The position numbers and the translations under genes are program-made. This document shows, piece by piece, positions 11,942 through 23,744 of a stretch of DNA of 64,000 nucleotides. Source of the DNA: Octopus sinensis (lineage: Eukaryota); the NCBI RefSeq assembly GCF_006345805.1, contig NC_043012.1, positions 40,176,001-40,240,000 on the forward strand. Direction: 5' to 3'. The notes beneath the pieces were generated by a model. It saw nothing but the letters and a program-made list of their open reading frames with translations, made no database searches and was not told where the DNA came from. Numbering within the stretch: position 1 is the stretch's first letter; each line of letters starts with the position of its first letter.

Positions 11942-12180
11942 TACCAGAGTAAGCACATAAATGTGAAACAAGGTGTCATAAAATAGTACTGGAATACCGG
12001 AGGTAGAGTAATATGTTTTATTAATAAAGCTGCAAAGACATCACAAAACCTGTTACTCCGAGTTCCACATTCCCATTTGTCAGCTTTAGTTGAGATTCTC
12101 AACCAAAACTGTCTGACGGACAGGAACATGAAACTCTGAGAAACAGGTTTTGTGATGTCTTTGCAGCTTTATTAGTAAAG
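11942..12180. mobile_element. Palindromic non-coding element with a degenerate hammerhead on each strand
   Basis: Perfect 33-bp arms 12022-12054/12142-12174; + strand CTGT-CTGACGG-ACAGGAACAT-GAAAC-TCTGA-GAA-ACAG; - strand CTGACAA-ATGGGAATGT-GGAAC-TCGGA-GTA-ACAG. Confidence 0.7.
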
Positions 12181-12240
12181 TATATATATATATATATATA
12201 AATATCTAAATATATACATATATATATAAAACATCTTGAG

Positions 12241-12629
12241 CCCTGTGCCAGTAGGGTATTAAGAGCACCATCTGAGCGTGATCATTGCCAGAACGGGTAT
12301 ATGGCTCCATGCCAGTGGCACGTAAAAGACACCATTCGGGCGTGATCGTTACCAGCATCGCCTTACTGGCACCTGTGCTGGTCGCATGTGTAAAAGATTC
12401 GAGCGAAGTCATTGCCAGTACCACCTGCCTGGCCCCCGTGCCGGTGGCACGTAAAAGCACCCACTACACTCTCAGAGTGGTTGGCATTAGGAAGAGCATC
12501 CAGCTGTAGAAACCTTGCCAGATCAAGATTGAAGCCTGGTGCAGCCATCTGGTTCGCCAGCCCTCATTCATATGTCCAACCCATGCTAGCTTGGAAAGCG
12601 GACGTTAAACGATGATGATGATGATGATG
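12241..12629 (+). mobile_element. RTE 3' UTR fragment with about four monomers
   Basis: Tandem GTGCC..GGCAC..AAAAGCACC units, RTE terminus and (GAT)n tail. Confidence 0.85.
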
Positions 12630-12899
12630 AAAAGAATAGGAATTTTGAATCTGGGCAAGTGTCTTACAAGTGATAATCCAGGTTCAGACTAATCACATTG
12701 AATAATATGAAACTACGGGAAATTGCTGAAGGTAAACAATTACTTGGTATTTTACGCGTTGGAATTTATACAAAGAATATATTCAAGACATTAGAAATAA
12801 CAATGCAGAATTCTACATCCTCGAAAGCTTGGTTATTGCAGTATTATATGCAATACATTTCTTTCAAATCTTTGTCCAACACGTGTTTCTATTGCATAG

Positions 12900-12921
12900 A
12901 TGTCCAAAGATGTTGCATCTT
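12900..12921 (+). CDS. Candidate 22-nt micro-exon
   Basis: TTTCTATTGCATAG acceptor and GTAAGT donor in non-repeat sequence. Confidence 0.25.
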
Positions 12922-12950
12922 GTAAGTTCAATCCTATCATAAGTTCATCC

Positions 12951-12991
<41 letters not shown>

Positions 12992-13019
12992 GCATCCAAG
13001 CAGTGATTGAATTAACAGG

Positions 13020-13211
13020 ATGCAGCTTCCCATTGGCAACAATGTGGGACCACACAGTGGTTGTGCTGTTTAATTCATGTTGTAGTTTGCGTGTGTGTTC
13101 AGTGAATTGTTAGTTATTAGAGAGTCAGGTAGATCCGGGGTAGCCAACCACTGGGCCACAGATCAGTACCAGGCCATGGATCATTTGGTTGCACAGAAAG
13201 AATAAATTTAT
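13020..13211 (+). repeat. Local direct duplication, copy 1 (unique sequence fused to a hAT MITE end)
   Basis: Aligns closely (about 90% by eye) with 14104-14302. Confidence 0.85.
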
Positions 13212-13487
13212 TACAAATATATGCAAAAGAAACACATGTTGGACTGAGATTTAAAGTGAATGTATAGTACGTAAAACTGTAATAAACAAGCTTTTGAGGA
13301 TATATAAACGTCCATTCTTAGTTTTAATGTCTTGTGTGAGTATATATATCTATATATATGAAATGGAAGAAATTTCTCACTCACTCAAAGGGCCTCTGGG
13401 AAACCATTTTAAATCATTCCCCTAGCCCATCCCAGCCCCTAACACAATGTCTTAATTCATGTTTCGCTCTGCATTCTTTGGTTTCAG

Positions 13488-13518
13488 ACCAGTGCCTTCA
13501 AGGAGAGATATTTCGTGT
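13488..13518 (+). CDS. Candidate 31-nt micro-exon
   Basis: GCATTCTTTGGTTTCAG acceptor and GTAAGT donor; all three frames are open. Confidence 0.3.
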
Positions 13519-14103
13519 GTAAGTAAACCCAAAGTCTATCCACCATTCTGCGAAGCCATTTATACAAGCTACAGCCAATCAAAAGCTACCATAAAAACAA
13601 GCACGCCATCTAGTGGGGGAAACTATTCAGAGGAGACCTTGGGGAATTAGGGTCTAAAGATGAAGTGGGGGAGGATGTATCTGGGTGTGTTATGGGTGAG
13701 GATGAAGGTTTTAAGAGTTTCAGATGTTTCCAGGGTTTGTGTTTGGATGGATGTTCCTGATGTGTGTGGACAGTGTCATAGTCTTTAGCTTCAAGTCAAA
13801 CCTGACCAGATCTAAGTCCAAAGGTGCTCCAGCCATGACAATCCCATCTTAATTTCAAGCATAGTGCATCTGAACCACATTATCCACTAAGTCTCTTTTA
13901 TTTAAGGTCATATCATGTAATTTGTGGAAGATTTAGTAGCTATTTCTAGCAAGGCAAATGACTACATAGAGTTGTTGTAGTTGTTGTTGTTGTTGACTTC
14001 AGCTGTAATCATTTCAGTCTTGTCTTTCAATATTTGTTTCAGGCATAGTCTACCTAGAGATACATTATCCAATGTAGCCTTCCTATTTGGAAAGCAAAAG
14101 ACT

Positions 14104-14302
14104 ATGCAGTTTCTCATTGGTAATAATGTGGGACCACACAGTGGTTGTGTCGTTTAATTCATGTTGTAATTACTCTGTGTGTGTGTGTTCAGTGAATTGT
14201 TAGAGTCCTTAGAGAGTCAGGTAGATCCGGGTTAGCCAACCACTGGGCCACAGATCAGTACCAGGCCATGGATCATTTGGTTGCACAGAAACAGTAAATT
14301 TA
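14104..14302 (+). repeat. Local direct duplication, copy 2
   Basis: Aligns with 13020-13211 including the same MITE junction. Confidence 0.85.
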
Positions 14303-14917
14303 TAATGAATCTTCCTTCTGTTTCTTTGACTATCCCACCCTGCAGGGATCTTTTGTATTATATCTGTAATGATCAAACTACATCTTATGCTCTTAGAATA
14401 TGCCAAGCAAAACGCACTGGTGCTGGTGCCATGTATAAAGCAGTGGTGCTGGTGGCACGTAAAAAGCACCCAGTGCACTTTGTGAAGGGGTTGGCATTAA
14501 GAAGGATATCCAGCTGTAGAAACTCAGCCAAATCAGACTCTGGACCCTAGTGCAGCTTCTGGTATTTATTCCAGCTCTTTGTGTTCCAAATTCAAATCCT
14601 GCTTTTCTTCTCCCAAAACCCAATAAAATAAAGTACCAGTCAAATACAGGAACTGAATGAATTAACACCCTCCTCTATTGCCAAAATTAGAAATCATTAT
14701 TTTTATTACCATTCTTCTTTCAATTCAGGTTGTGTTGGAACTCCTAGAGTCTTGCAGGCATAGTGGGCTTTCTACCAGCAGCCTTTGGTACCATGCTATT
14801 CTTTCCAACTAATACTTTCCTGATTATTCTTGTGCAAGGAGGCTCTTCTGGGCATTCTATTCCTATTTCCGTTATATTCCACTTGATGTCTTTTGATACT
14901 GGCCCCAAGGCCCCAAA

Positions 14918-15131
14918 TACTCTCTTTTACTTGTTTCAGTCAGTTGACTGTGGCCATGCTGGAGCACCGCCTTTAGTCAAGCAAATCGACCCCAGGACTT
15001 ATTCTTTGTAAGCCTAGTACTTATTCTATTGGTCTCTTTTGCCGAACCGCTAAGTTACGGGGACGTAAACACACCAGCATCGGTTGTCAAGCCATGTTGG
15101 GAGGACAAACACAGACATACAAACATATACG

Positions 15132-15185
<54 letters not shown>

Positions 15186-15306
15186 ATACACATATACATA
15201 TATACGATGGACTTCTTTCAGTTTCTGTCTACCAAACCCACTTACAAGGCTTTGGTCAGCCCAAGGCTGTAGTAGAAGACACTTGCCCAAGGTGCCACGC
15301 AGTGGG
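14918..15306 (-). mobile_element. SINE family B, head truncated
   Basis: CTTTTACTTGTTTCAGTC..CATGCTGGAGCACCGCCTTTAG..GACACTTGCCCAAGGTGCCACGCAGTGGGA. Confidence 0.9.
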
Positions 15307-15379
15307 AAAATAGGTTTAATAGGTTCACCTTTTTCATTTTCTAATGTCAAGCTATTTTATTTATTAAAAAAAAATTTTT

Positions 15380-15715
15380 TTGCCTTCCTCTTTGACTATT
15401 CATGGGTCAAATGGGCACACAACATGAATTATAGAGCACATGTGGTTCACTTTACCCATGACCACAAGATCTGCCTTGTGCTCAAGCACCTGGTCTGTTT
15501 GGATTGGGAAATCCTACAGGATTTTGCAGGTCTCTGACTCTGCCATTCTCTGTGGCTTGTGCTCATACCACTTCCTGCCTCTCTCTAACCCCCACTTTTC
15601 ACATGCAACACTTTCGCTACCCTCATCTTGTCACTACAACTTATATTGGTTTTGAGCAAGTCAAAGGCATTCATCCGCAATATGGGAAATAGTTACATCA
15701 AATCCATTATGATTA
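15380..15715 (-). mobile_element. Second R4/Dong-clade RLE fragment
   Basis: TISHIADECL*LAQNQYK..KWYEHKPQRMAESETCKIL*DFPIQTDQVLEHKADLVVM; not in the supplied ORF track because of stops. Confidence 0.8.
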
Positions 15716-16228
15716 TTATTATTACATATTCCCCCTATAAATGAAAGAAATGTATTAGATCTGTTTAGAGTTTGTAGACAAATAAAGGTTCACTATTGAA
15801 TTAGTAGAAGGTCCTCATTACACTGAACTCTCCCGATCAAGTTCTTATCAATTGTGACTCTGCTCGTATCTCACCGCATTTCATTAACAAACACTTTAAA
15901 ATGCTCTTCACTGTATTACTAACATCACTTTCAAACTAAATTATGGGCCACGCTCAAAATTTTTATCCACAGCAAAGTTCCTTATATATATATGTGTGTG
16001 TGAGTGTGTGTGATATGTCATATATGTGAGTGTATCATATATATATATGTGTGTGTGAGTGTATGCATATGACATATATATGTGTATATATATGACTATA
16101 TATGTAAATATATGCATATACACAATATTCATATATATATACACACACACAAACACACTTTATGATTCTATGATGCATTCATTCCCATGTCATTTTATTT
16201 ACAACAGGGATTTATATTTAGTTACATA

Positions 16229-16233
<5 letters not shown>

Positions 16234-16267
<34 letters not shown>

Positions 16268-16552
16268 CAGCAGCAGTAGCAGCCGCAGCAGTAGTAGTAG
16301 CCGCAGCAGCAGTAGTAGCAGCAGCAGCCGCAGTAGTAGTAGCAGCTGCAGCAGTAACAGTAGTAGTAGTAGTAGTAGTAGCAGCAGCAGTAATAGTAGT
16401 AGTAGTAGTAACAGTAGTAGTGGTAGTAGTAGTAGTAGTAGTAGTAGTAGCAGTAACAGTAGTAGTAGTAACAGTAGTAGTAGTAGCAGTAACAGTAGTA
16501 GCAGCAGCAGTAGTTGAAGGGGGAGGAGCAACAGTAGCAGTAGTAGCAGCAG
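16234..16552. repeat. Compound (AGT)n/(AGC)n/(AAC) trinucleotide microsatellite
   Basis: About 320 bp of interleaved GTA/GCA triplets; source of the poly-S/V/L/Y ORFs. Confidence 0.95.
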
Positions 16553-16984
16553 CTTGTTACCTTGTAGCTAAGCAACATTAAAGTATTTAACCGACATGTA
16601 GACTAGTTTCAAAGTCTATAAAGTCTCTGACCCCCTCAGCACAGCAAGGCTGCTTGTGACATGCATTTATTTGCAGCCACAGCAAACTGACCTCCGATGC
16701 AATGGGTTCGGTTGTCATTTTGTGTAGTAGAGCCAATTTCAAATGCAAAACATCTTATGTAGCTTACATATATGTTTACAACTAGAAATAGCTACTAAAT
16801 CTCACTCAGATTACACAAGTCCTTAACAAAATTAAATCACAATGGAGATGTCTAAGGGATGCAGGAAGACAGGACAGTCATGGATGGAATGCCCCTCACC
16901 ATAAATGTCTTCAATCAGGGTTGATTTCAATCTCAATATCAAAAGATTTTCTGACTACATGCAGTCATTCCACTGATTTTATTG

Positions 16985-17200
16985 ACAGAAATTGTACAAA
17001 GCTAACAGTGAACATATTTAAGGTCAGATACAATCAACATATACATTCATTTAGGATCAGAAATAGATTTGACATCTCTATCTCAACATATCTGGACAGT
17101 GGAATCAAAAATGTTCCATTAACTTAGAATATTGTGGATGCAGTATCATGGCACACCAATGAAACATTTCATGTCTATCCCAAGAATTGCACTTTGTGGC
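16985..17200 (+). mobile_element. Penelope-like GIY-YIG endonuclease remnant
   Basis: KLTVNIFKVRYNQHIHSFR..SISTYL..VPLT*NIV resembles G.T...FK.RY..H..SF....T.LS.Y.W......W.I. Confidence 0.5.
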
Positions 17201-17586
17201 ACAACCACATAGATCATTCAGTAAAAGAATCTGAAATATACAGTTTGCCCACCATAAAATGAAATCCTGACTGTTGACATTCAAGGCCTAAACTGAGATG
17301 TCTCCCTCAAAATGCTGCTCTTCCTCTTTCCATCAAAGTATCTTTCTCTGTAAAACAAGGATCAGACAAGCCCAGATAAGATGATCCGGCTAAAGAGCAT
17401 TATTAATACTCGCCTGACCTCTGTTGGTCAACGAAAATTAATTTAGGCAATAATTCCTGTGATCTCAGCCAAAATTCATTTCGTATTTTTGTCTCCTGGA
17501 CCATCGAAGGGAATAAAAAGCTGAATTGTAATGGCCTGAATCAACAACTTATTTCTGCTTCTGGATGTGCGTGTGTGTGTGTGTGT

Positions 17587-17625
<39 letters not shown>

Positions 17626-17706
17626 TGATATCATTATTGATGACGATGTTGATGGTTACAAGACTATTGGTTTGTATACAAATGGGAGTTTACAAATACT
17701 TGATTT

Positions 17707-17737
<31 letters not shown>

Positions 17738-19071
17738 GAGAGAGAGAGATGGAGATAGATAAATTGTAGTTTTTTTATTATTTCATATGCCTTTGTAAGA
17801 AGAATTCCCTGGCATTTCAAGTGAAATACTTCAAAGAGAGATAGTGTCCTTAATCCATGGGAGTGTAGCAATAGTGAGCTATAAGTTTCTTTGAATGTGT
17901 AGAAAGGGGGAAAAAAAAGAAAGGGAGATAAGTGGTGGAAAGGAAATATGAATGAGAAGGAAAAGAGAAAACTATTAATAGTGTCCCCTAGTGAAGTTAT
18001 GTCAGGTTCCTTATAAATGAGTGGGTTTGCTTGTCCCAAGCAACTTGGGGACAATAAGAGTGCATGCATTCATAGTTGTACATATACATACTAAATGGTG
18101 GAATGTAACTTCTCACCTGCATATTATATATAAACAAAAATAGGAAAATGCTTTGAGAAGTCATCATGGATAAAAACAGCAATTGTTTACAAATGTAGAT
18201 ATTTTCTTTTTCTAACATAAATTTACTCTGGAGGAAACTATCAGCCTTTGCAATATATAGAGATAGATAGATAGGTAGGTAAATCGATAGGTAGATAGGT
18301 AGATAAAAAGATAGACAGGTAGATCGAAAGATAGACAGGTAGATAGGTAGATCAACAGATAGATATAGATATATATATATAGATAGGTAGGTAGATAGAT
18401 AGATTGACAGGCAGATAGATCATCAAGTAGATAGATAGATAGACAGACTAACATATACTTGATAACAGAATTTCACTGTAAGCTTAAATATATACACACA
18501 TAAGCAGTTCATCAAACGTTTGTGAGTGTGGGAACAATTACAATGTAAACAAGATTGGAGCCTCCCCTGCAGAGTTCCAACTACAATGGGGAAACATATG
18601 TAGGAAGAAATTATGTAAACTTGCTCTATACACAATAACTAGTAATACTATTAAGTAGAATAATTGCTTAACGACTGGAAGCAGATTGGATGATGATAAT
18701 TTACATGGAGCTCTAAATTTAACAGTAGTAATGTCCTTAATCTATGGTATATATAGTATATATGTATGTATATATATTATATGGCAAATGAAAGACGGAA
18801 GATGGAATATACGAAAATTTATTATTATTCACAACAATTGTTTGGACACATCTAGCATTGATTATTCATGGTTGGGACACTCAACAACTGGTTCAGGGTC
18901 ATCCGGTGGTGCAGATACATCTCATCGGATGATAAATAAATACAACTCGTTAAAATAACTGTTCTGCAACATAACTTTCCGTTTTGTAGAGAGAAAAGCA
19001 ACCAGACGGAGGAAGTATCTTCATTTATATACAAGATCAAAAATAAAAATAATCGTTAACAAATATGGATG

Positions 19072-19114
<43 letters not shown>

Positions 19115-19126
<12 letters not shown>

Positions 19127-19344
19127 GTATGTATATGTTTGCGTGTCTGTGTTTGTCCCCTCAACATCGCTTGACAACCGATGCTGGTGTGTTTACATTC
19201 TCGTAACTTAGCAGTTCGGCAAAAGAGACCAATAGAATAAGTACTAAGCTTACAAAGAATAAGTCCTGGGGTCAATTTTCTCAACTAAAGGCGGTGCTCC
19301 AGCATGGCCAAAGTCACATGACGGAAACAAGTAAAAGAGTAAAA
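19115..19344 (+). mobile_element. SINE family B, 3' half
   Basis: TTGACAACCGATGCTGGTGTG..AAAGGCGGTGCTCCAGCATGGCC..AAACAAGTAAAAGAGTAAAA. Confidence 0.85.
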
Positions 19345-19578
19345 ACTCCCTCGGGCAAGCTGCATGGCACGAGTCCACTCGCTCATACAAGCATCCGCAA
19401 AAATGTGAGCATACGTACATGTGAGGTTTGGTGCACTCCTGATCACAAAGTGAGTTAGTTATTTACTTGGTGTTTGTAAGAATGGGGAGGTTATAAGTAA
19501 ACTTAAGTCATCCATACCTTAAAGTAAATTAAATTAATAATAAATTCTCATATATTCCATCTTTCAATTGCCATATAG

Positions 19579-19613
19579 CTAACGATCACTGTGAAAGTGA
19601 CCGTGCTTTACCA
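19579..19613 (+). CDS. Candidate 35-nt micro-exon
   Basis: TTCCATCTTTCAATTGCCATATAG acceptor and GTAAGT donor; two frames open (LTITVKVTVLY or NDHCESDRALP). Confidence 0.3.
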
Positions 19614-19651
19614 GTAAGTGACCAGGTGTAAAATATTCATTTTATTATCCA

Positions 19652-19696
<45 letters not shown>

Positions 19697-20759
19697 TATA
19701 TATATATAGTTTTCTCAAGACCAGGAAATACCTTAAAGAGTAATGATATCAATGGAATTGAAAATGCTTCCATAACTTGAAGCATTATGCATTCAGTACT
19801 CTTTGAAACCAATGAAGTAGCTTATGTCTATCCGAAAAACTCCACATCCCGACACAGTCACACAAATAGTTGGAAAAGAAAGCTGAAATCCACATAAATC
19901 AAATAAAAATGGCTACATTTAGTGAGCCAAAGATAACATCTCTAAAATAGAATAACATTTTTCTCTTTATCTCTTTTCTTTCTCACCAACCATCCCTCAT
20001 TCATTCTTTTCTGATTTCTCTTTTCCACTCCTCACTACCTTGCTTTCTCTCTCTCTTTTAATGAGTGAAATATTATAAAATAATGGAATTTACCAGAAAG
20101 AACCGATTCCACAACATTAATACTGAATTTTTATGAAGGAATCATGGAACTTTTTATATTTCCTGTTTTAATTTTATTTTTTTATGTGATTTGACAAATT
20201 TCCAATAATGGAAGAATGTTATATTTTTAATATGTTTTGTTTAAATTTTTTGTTGATTTTGTTTTTTGTTGCTTTAGTAAATTCTTTACATTTTGTTTCT
20301 GCCTTTTTCATTGGAATATTTACTTTCTTTCAGGTTATCTTTTTGTTGGTTTATTTATTCGATTAGTAACAACAGTTATACTTCACGTGATATGTGATGC
20401 TATGCAGAGTTTGTTTATGTGGTGATGGAGTCAGCTAATCTGATCTTAAATTTGAAATCACAGTGTGATATACAGAGCCAGGTCTGAAAGCTTAGTTATC
20501 CCTCGGCTCAAAAAACAGTTTAGAATGAAGCATAAACCATTTCCTCAATTGGATCCTTTTTGTTTTTTTATTGCGGCCAGGTTTTTCAGGGAATGTCAAG
20601 AAAGATAAATTTGGGGTTTGTTAAAGCAAGATGGATAGCAACATCTCTACATTTTCAAGGTTTCCAAGACTCTTAAATTGTAATATGAAGTAGCACATCA
20701 GCAAATATTTACAATAGAGTGAATTAAAGGGTAATGACCCCCTTCTGTTGTGAATGGTC

Positions 20760-21064
20760 ATGAGAGGCACCAAGAAAGTTCCCCTCCGAGGCACAAGTCC
20801 AGGCAAGGTTGTTTATGGAAGACCAGCAGTCGCCCAGGCATACCAGTTTCCCCTCTCCATGCTGCTGATGTTATCCAAGGGAAAGGCAAAGGGCCCAATA
20901 CAGCTTGGCACCAGTGATGTCACAAATCATTTCTACAGCTGAGTGAACTGGAGCAACATGAAATTAAGTGCCTTGCCCAAGAACACAATACACAGCCTAG
21001 TCTGGGAATTGAACTCACAACCTCGGAATTGTGAGCCCAACACTCTAACCACTGAGCCATGCAC

Positions 21065-21068
<4 letters not shown>
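20760..21068 (-). mobile_element. tRNA-derived SINE family C
   Basis: - strand head GGTGCATGGCTCAGTGGTTAGAGTGTTGGGCTCACAATTCCGAGGTTGTGAGTTCAATTCCC has clear A and B boxes, followed by about 240 nt of non-tRNA body. Confidence 0.8.
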
Positions 21069-21126
<58 letters not shown>

Positions 21127-21557
21127 ATAAGGGCAAACGAAAAAATTCTAATGCCAAATATGCCGAGAATTGGACATATTGTCCATTTACCATATAATTT
21201 TTTTCCCAGTACACACGCTACTTGAAAAATGGTCGACAGAAATTGCTAAAAAATTCCATTATTACCATATCGGACTGATTTCAGGGTTAGTTCAAAAAGA
21301 ACCCTCCCTTCGTCAGTGATACATGTGGCAAAGAAGTAAATGAGATACTTACTCATACCCATGGAAGAAGCAAACACTAAGTCATGAGCACAATTAAGTA
21401 CCCCAAATAAATTCAAAATAGAAATACTCCAGCCCATTCAAGACTCGTGCGATTTGAACTGAGGCACTCACAGAGTGAGAGAGTCCGGAAGTGAACACTA
21501 TTAAATTTATATCTAATGTAGGATAAAATTTTTTCGAAAAAAAATGTTATCAATGGC

Positions 21558-22856
21558 CAGCATTTTGATGACATTTTGAGAGCCTTGGGAGAGGGTTCCA
21601 ACACTGATGTCATCTACCTTGATTTCAACAAGGCCTTTGACAGGATTGATCATAAGATCCTTTTGAGAAAGCTGTCCAATATTGGTGTCACTGGAAAGCT
21701 GCTGCAGTGGATCAAGTGCTTCCTGTCTAACAGAACCCAACATGTTGTAGTCGAAGGAGTCAAATCCAGCCCAGCCAAAGTCAGTAGTGGTGTCCCACAA
21801 GGCACTGTGTTGGGCCCACTTCTCTTCATTATCTACATTAATGACATCACTGACATCATCAAACACAGTAACATCAGAACCTTCGCTGATGATTCCAAGC
21901 TCCAGAAGGTCATCAATGGCATGGATGACCGGATAAGCCTTCAGTCAGACCTACTTGCTGTTGTCCAATGGTCGAAAAAGGACAACATGTTGCTAAATGA
22001 AGACAATTTTGAATTGATCCACTTTGGAAGGGATGACGCTCTGAAACTCCCATACTCCCTTTCTTCTGGAGAAATTCTCATAGCGTCTAACAACATCAGA
22101 GACTTGGGAGTAACTGTGGACAACAACATAAGCTGGGCTACACATATAAGCAGCAAAGTTGACATGGCCCGCAGAATGTGTTCCTGGATTCTCAGAACCT
22201 TCCAGTCGAGAGATTCCCACACTATTATCCTTCTCTTCTCCACTTTTGCCTGACCCCACCTTGAATACTGCTGTCCACTGTGGTCTCCCTACACAAAACA
22301 AAATATTATGAGAATTGAAGTTCCCCAAAGGTCAATCACAAAAAAGATAGATGGCATGTCAGACCTTGACTACTGGGGTAGACTAGAGAAGCTGAAATTG
22401 TATTCACTCCAACGACGCCGTGAACGCTACATTATCTGTATGATGTGGAAAATATTCCATCAGCACTGTCCGAATGATGTTGGCATCACCTTCAAAATAC
22501 ATCCAAGGCTTGGACCACGTGCCATCCGTCCACAACAAAAATCTAAATCGCATCACATAACGACAATACGGCACAATTATTTCACCTCAATTGGACCCGC
22601 TCTCTTCAACATTACACCGGGACACGTCAAAACAGAAACTGACCACACAAAATTCAAGAAGTCTTTGGACAAATTCCTTCAAACAGTCCCGGACAAACCA
22701 CCCACACCCGGATATGTCTCCGCAAACAATAACTCTCTGCTCGAATGGGCCTCGGTGCCCAAATCCTGAATTGAAAGACTTCGCCAGGTGGTGCTATTAA
22801 GTTAGACATGGCCTGGGCCGATACTGACCAAAACCTTTCTAAGTTATTCTAAGTTA
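21558..22856 (+). mobile_element. 5'-truncated CR1-clade LINE, RT and C-terminal ORF2 with one premature stop
   Basis: DVIYLDFNKAFD..GVPQGTVLGPLLF..FADD..DLGV..*PHLEY..YWGRLEKLKLYSLQRRR; ORFs 21576-22253 and 22308-22769 share a frame and are separated by a TGA (probably CGA); tail (TTCTAAGTTA)x2. Confidence 0.92.
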
Positions 22857-23074
22857 TATCTATATATATATATATATACATCTATATATAAATAAATTAA
22901 TAAATAAATAAAATATATGCATATATACATACATATATGTACGTACCTACCTCTACATGTATATATACATGCATATATGGGTACAGAACACCAAAAAAAC
23001 GTCGAACACAATGAGAAACGAAAACATAAACACAAAACCAAGGAAATGGACATTTTTTTAAAACAACGAAAAAA

Positions 23075-23605
23075 CAGCTATGGTCACCCACCAGTGTAAA
23101 ATTAACAGCGGACCTTGAAGCAATCCAGAGAAGATTCACAAAGAAGATCGTCTCTTTGCAACAGCTCAGCTACTGGGAAAGGTTGAAACAGCTAAGACTC
23201 TACTCCCTGGAGAGAAGACGAGAGAGGTATGCAGTAATATATGTCTGGAACGGGATGACACTGCATAGTGCCAAAGATCCCAGCAATGCCATCACGCTTC
23301 AGGACCAGCTTCTGCAACAGCCTGGGTTTCAAGGGCCCACAGCTTTTTAATATTCTCCCAAAGAGTCTGAGGAACTTGCACAAAGTAGATGTAGGGGTTT
23401 TTAAATTAAAGCTGGACATCTTCCTGTCAAGAGTCCCAGATGAACCTACCTCACGGCAAGAGGTGAAAATGAGAGTAGCTATATCAAACCCCATTCTTCA
23501 CCAAGTGCCACATATTAGACGAGGTTCTTCGCAATAACAGTGTAGCACAAAACGGCGGTGCATCAGCATGGCCGCAGCTCTGAGCTGAAACTTGAGTAAA
23601 AAAAT
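23075..23605 (+). mobile_element. Second, different CR1-clade LINE 3' fragment with an internal deletion
   Basis: QLWSP..DLEAIQRRFTKKI..LSYWERLKQLRLYSLERRRERY / GPQLFNILPKSLRN..FKLKLDIFLSRVPDEP. Confidence 0.85.
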
Positions 23606-23656
23606 ATATATATATATATATATCAATCAAAATAAAAACATGATTCAAAGGAGTTA

Positions 23657-23744
23657 GTGGTACATATGTTTCGGGCCTTTATTAGACGGTTTTATAACAA
23701 TGCATAATTGATGTAAATGTGTGTCTATGGCCTTCTTCAGCCGC
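23657..23744 (-). ncRNA. Type I hammerhead ribozyme candidate with extended stem II
   Basis: - strand GCGG-CTGAAGA-AGGCC-(51 nt, partly self-pairing)-GGCCC-GAAAC-ATAT-GTA-CCAC; core intact; mismatches at 10.1-11.1 and in stem I. Confidence 0.6.

Noticed and set aside
16059-16581. Overlapping 110-152 aa ORFs (poly-S, poly-V/A, poly-L, poly-Y/C)
   Set aside because: Translations of a compound trinucleotide microsatellite; no splice signals or complex sequence.
17656-18069. 137-aa - strand ORF, considered as a Penelope remnant
   Set aside because: No convincing conserved motif; partly low-complexity.
19579-19613. LTITVKVTVLY as an Ig-domain G strand, implying an Ig-superfamily gene
   Set aside because: No other Ig-domain exon was found, and this frame does not join the terminal exon in the hydrophobic-tail frame; the family call is unsupported.
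20334-20425. Strong acceptor followed by hydrophobic YLFVGLFIRLVTTVILHVICDAMQSLFMW*
   Set aside because: The hydrophobicity is explained by the T-rich composition, and there is no independent support as an alternative last exon.
20990-21068. tRNA-like sequence with A and B boxes, also seen in SINE A and B heads
   Set aside because: No complete cloverleaf or acceptor stem, and it continues into a SINE body.
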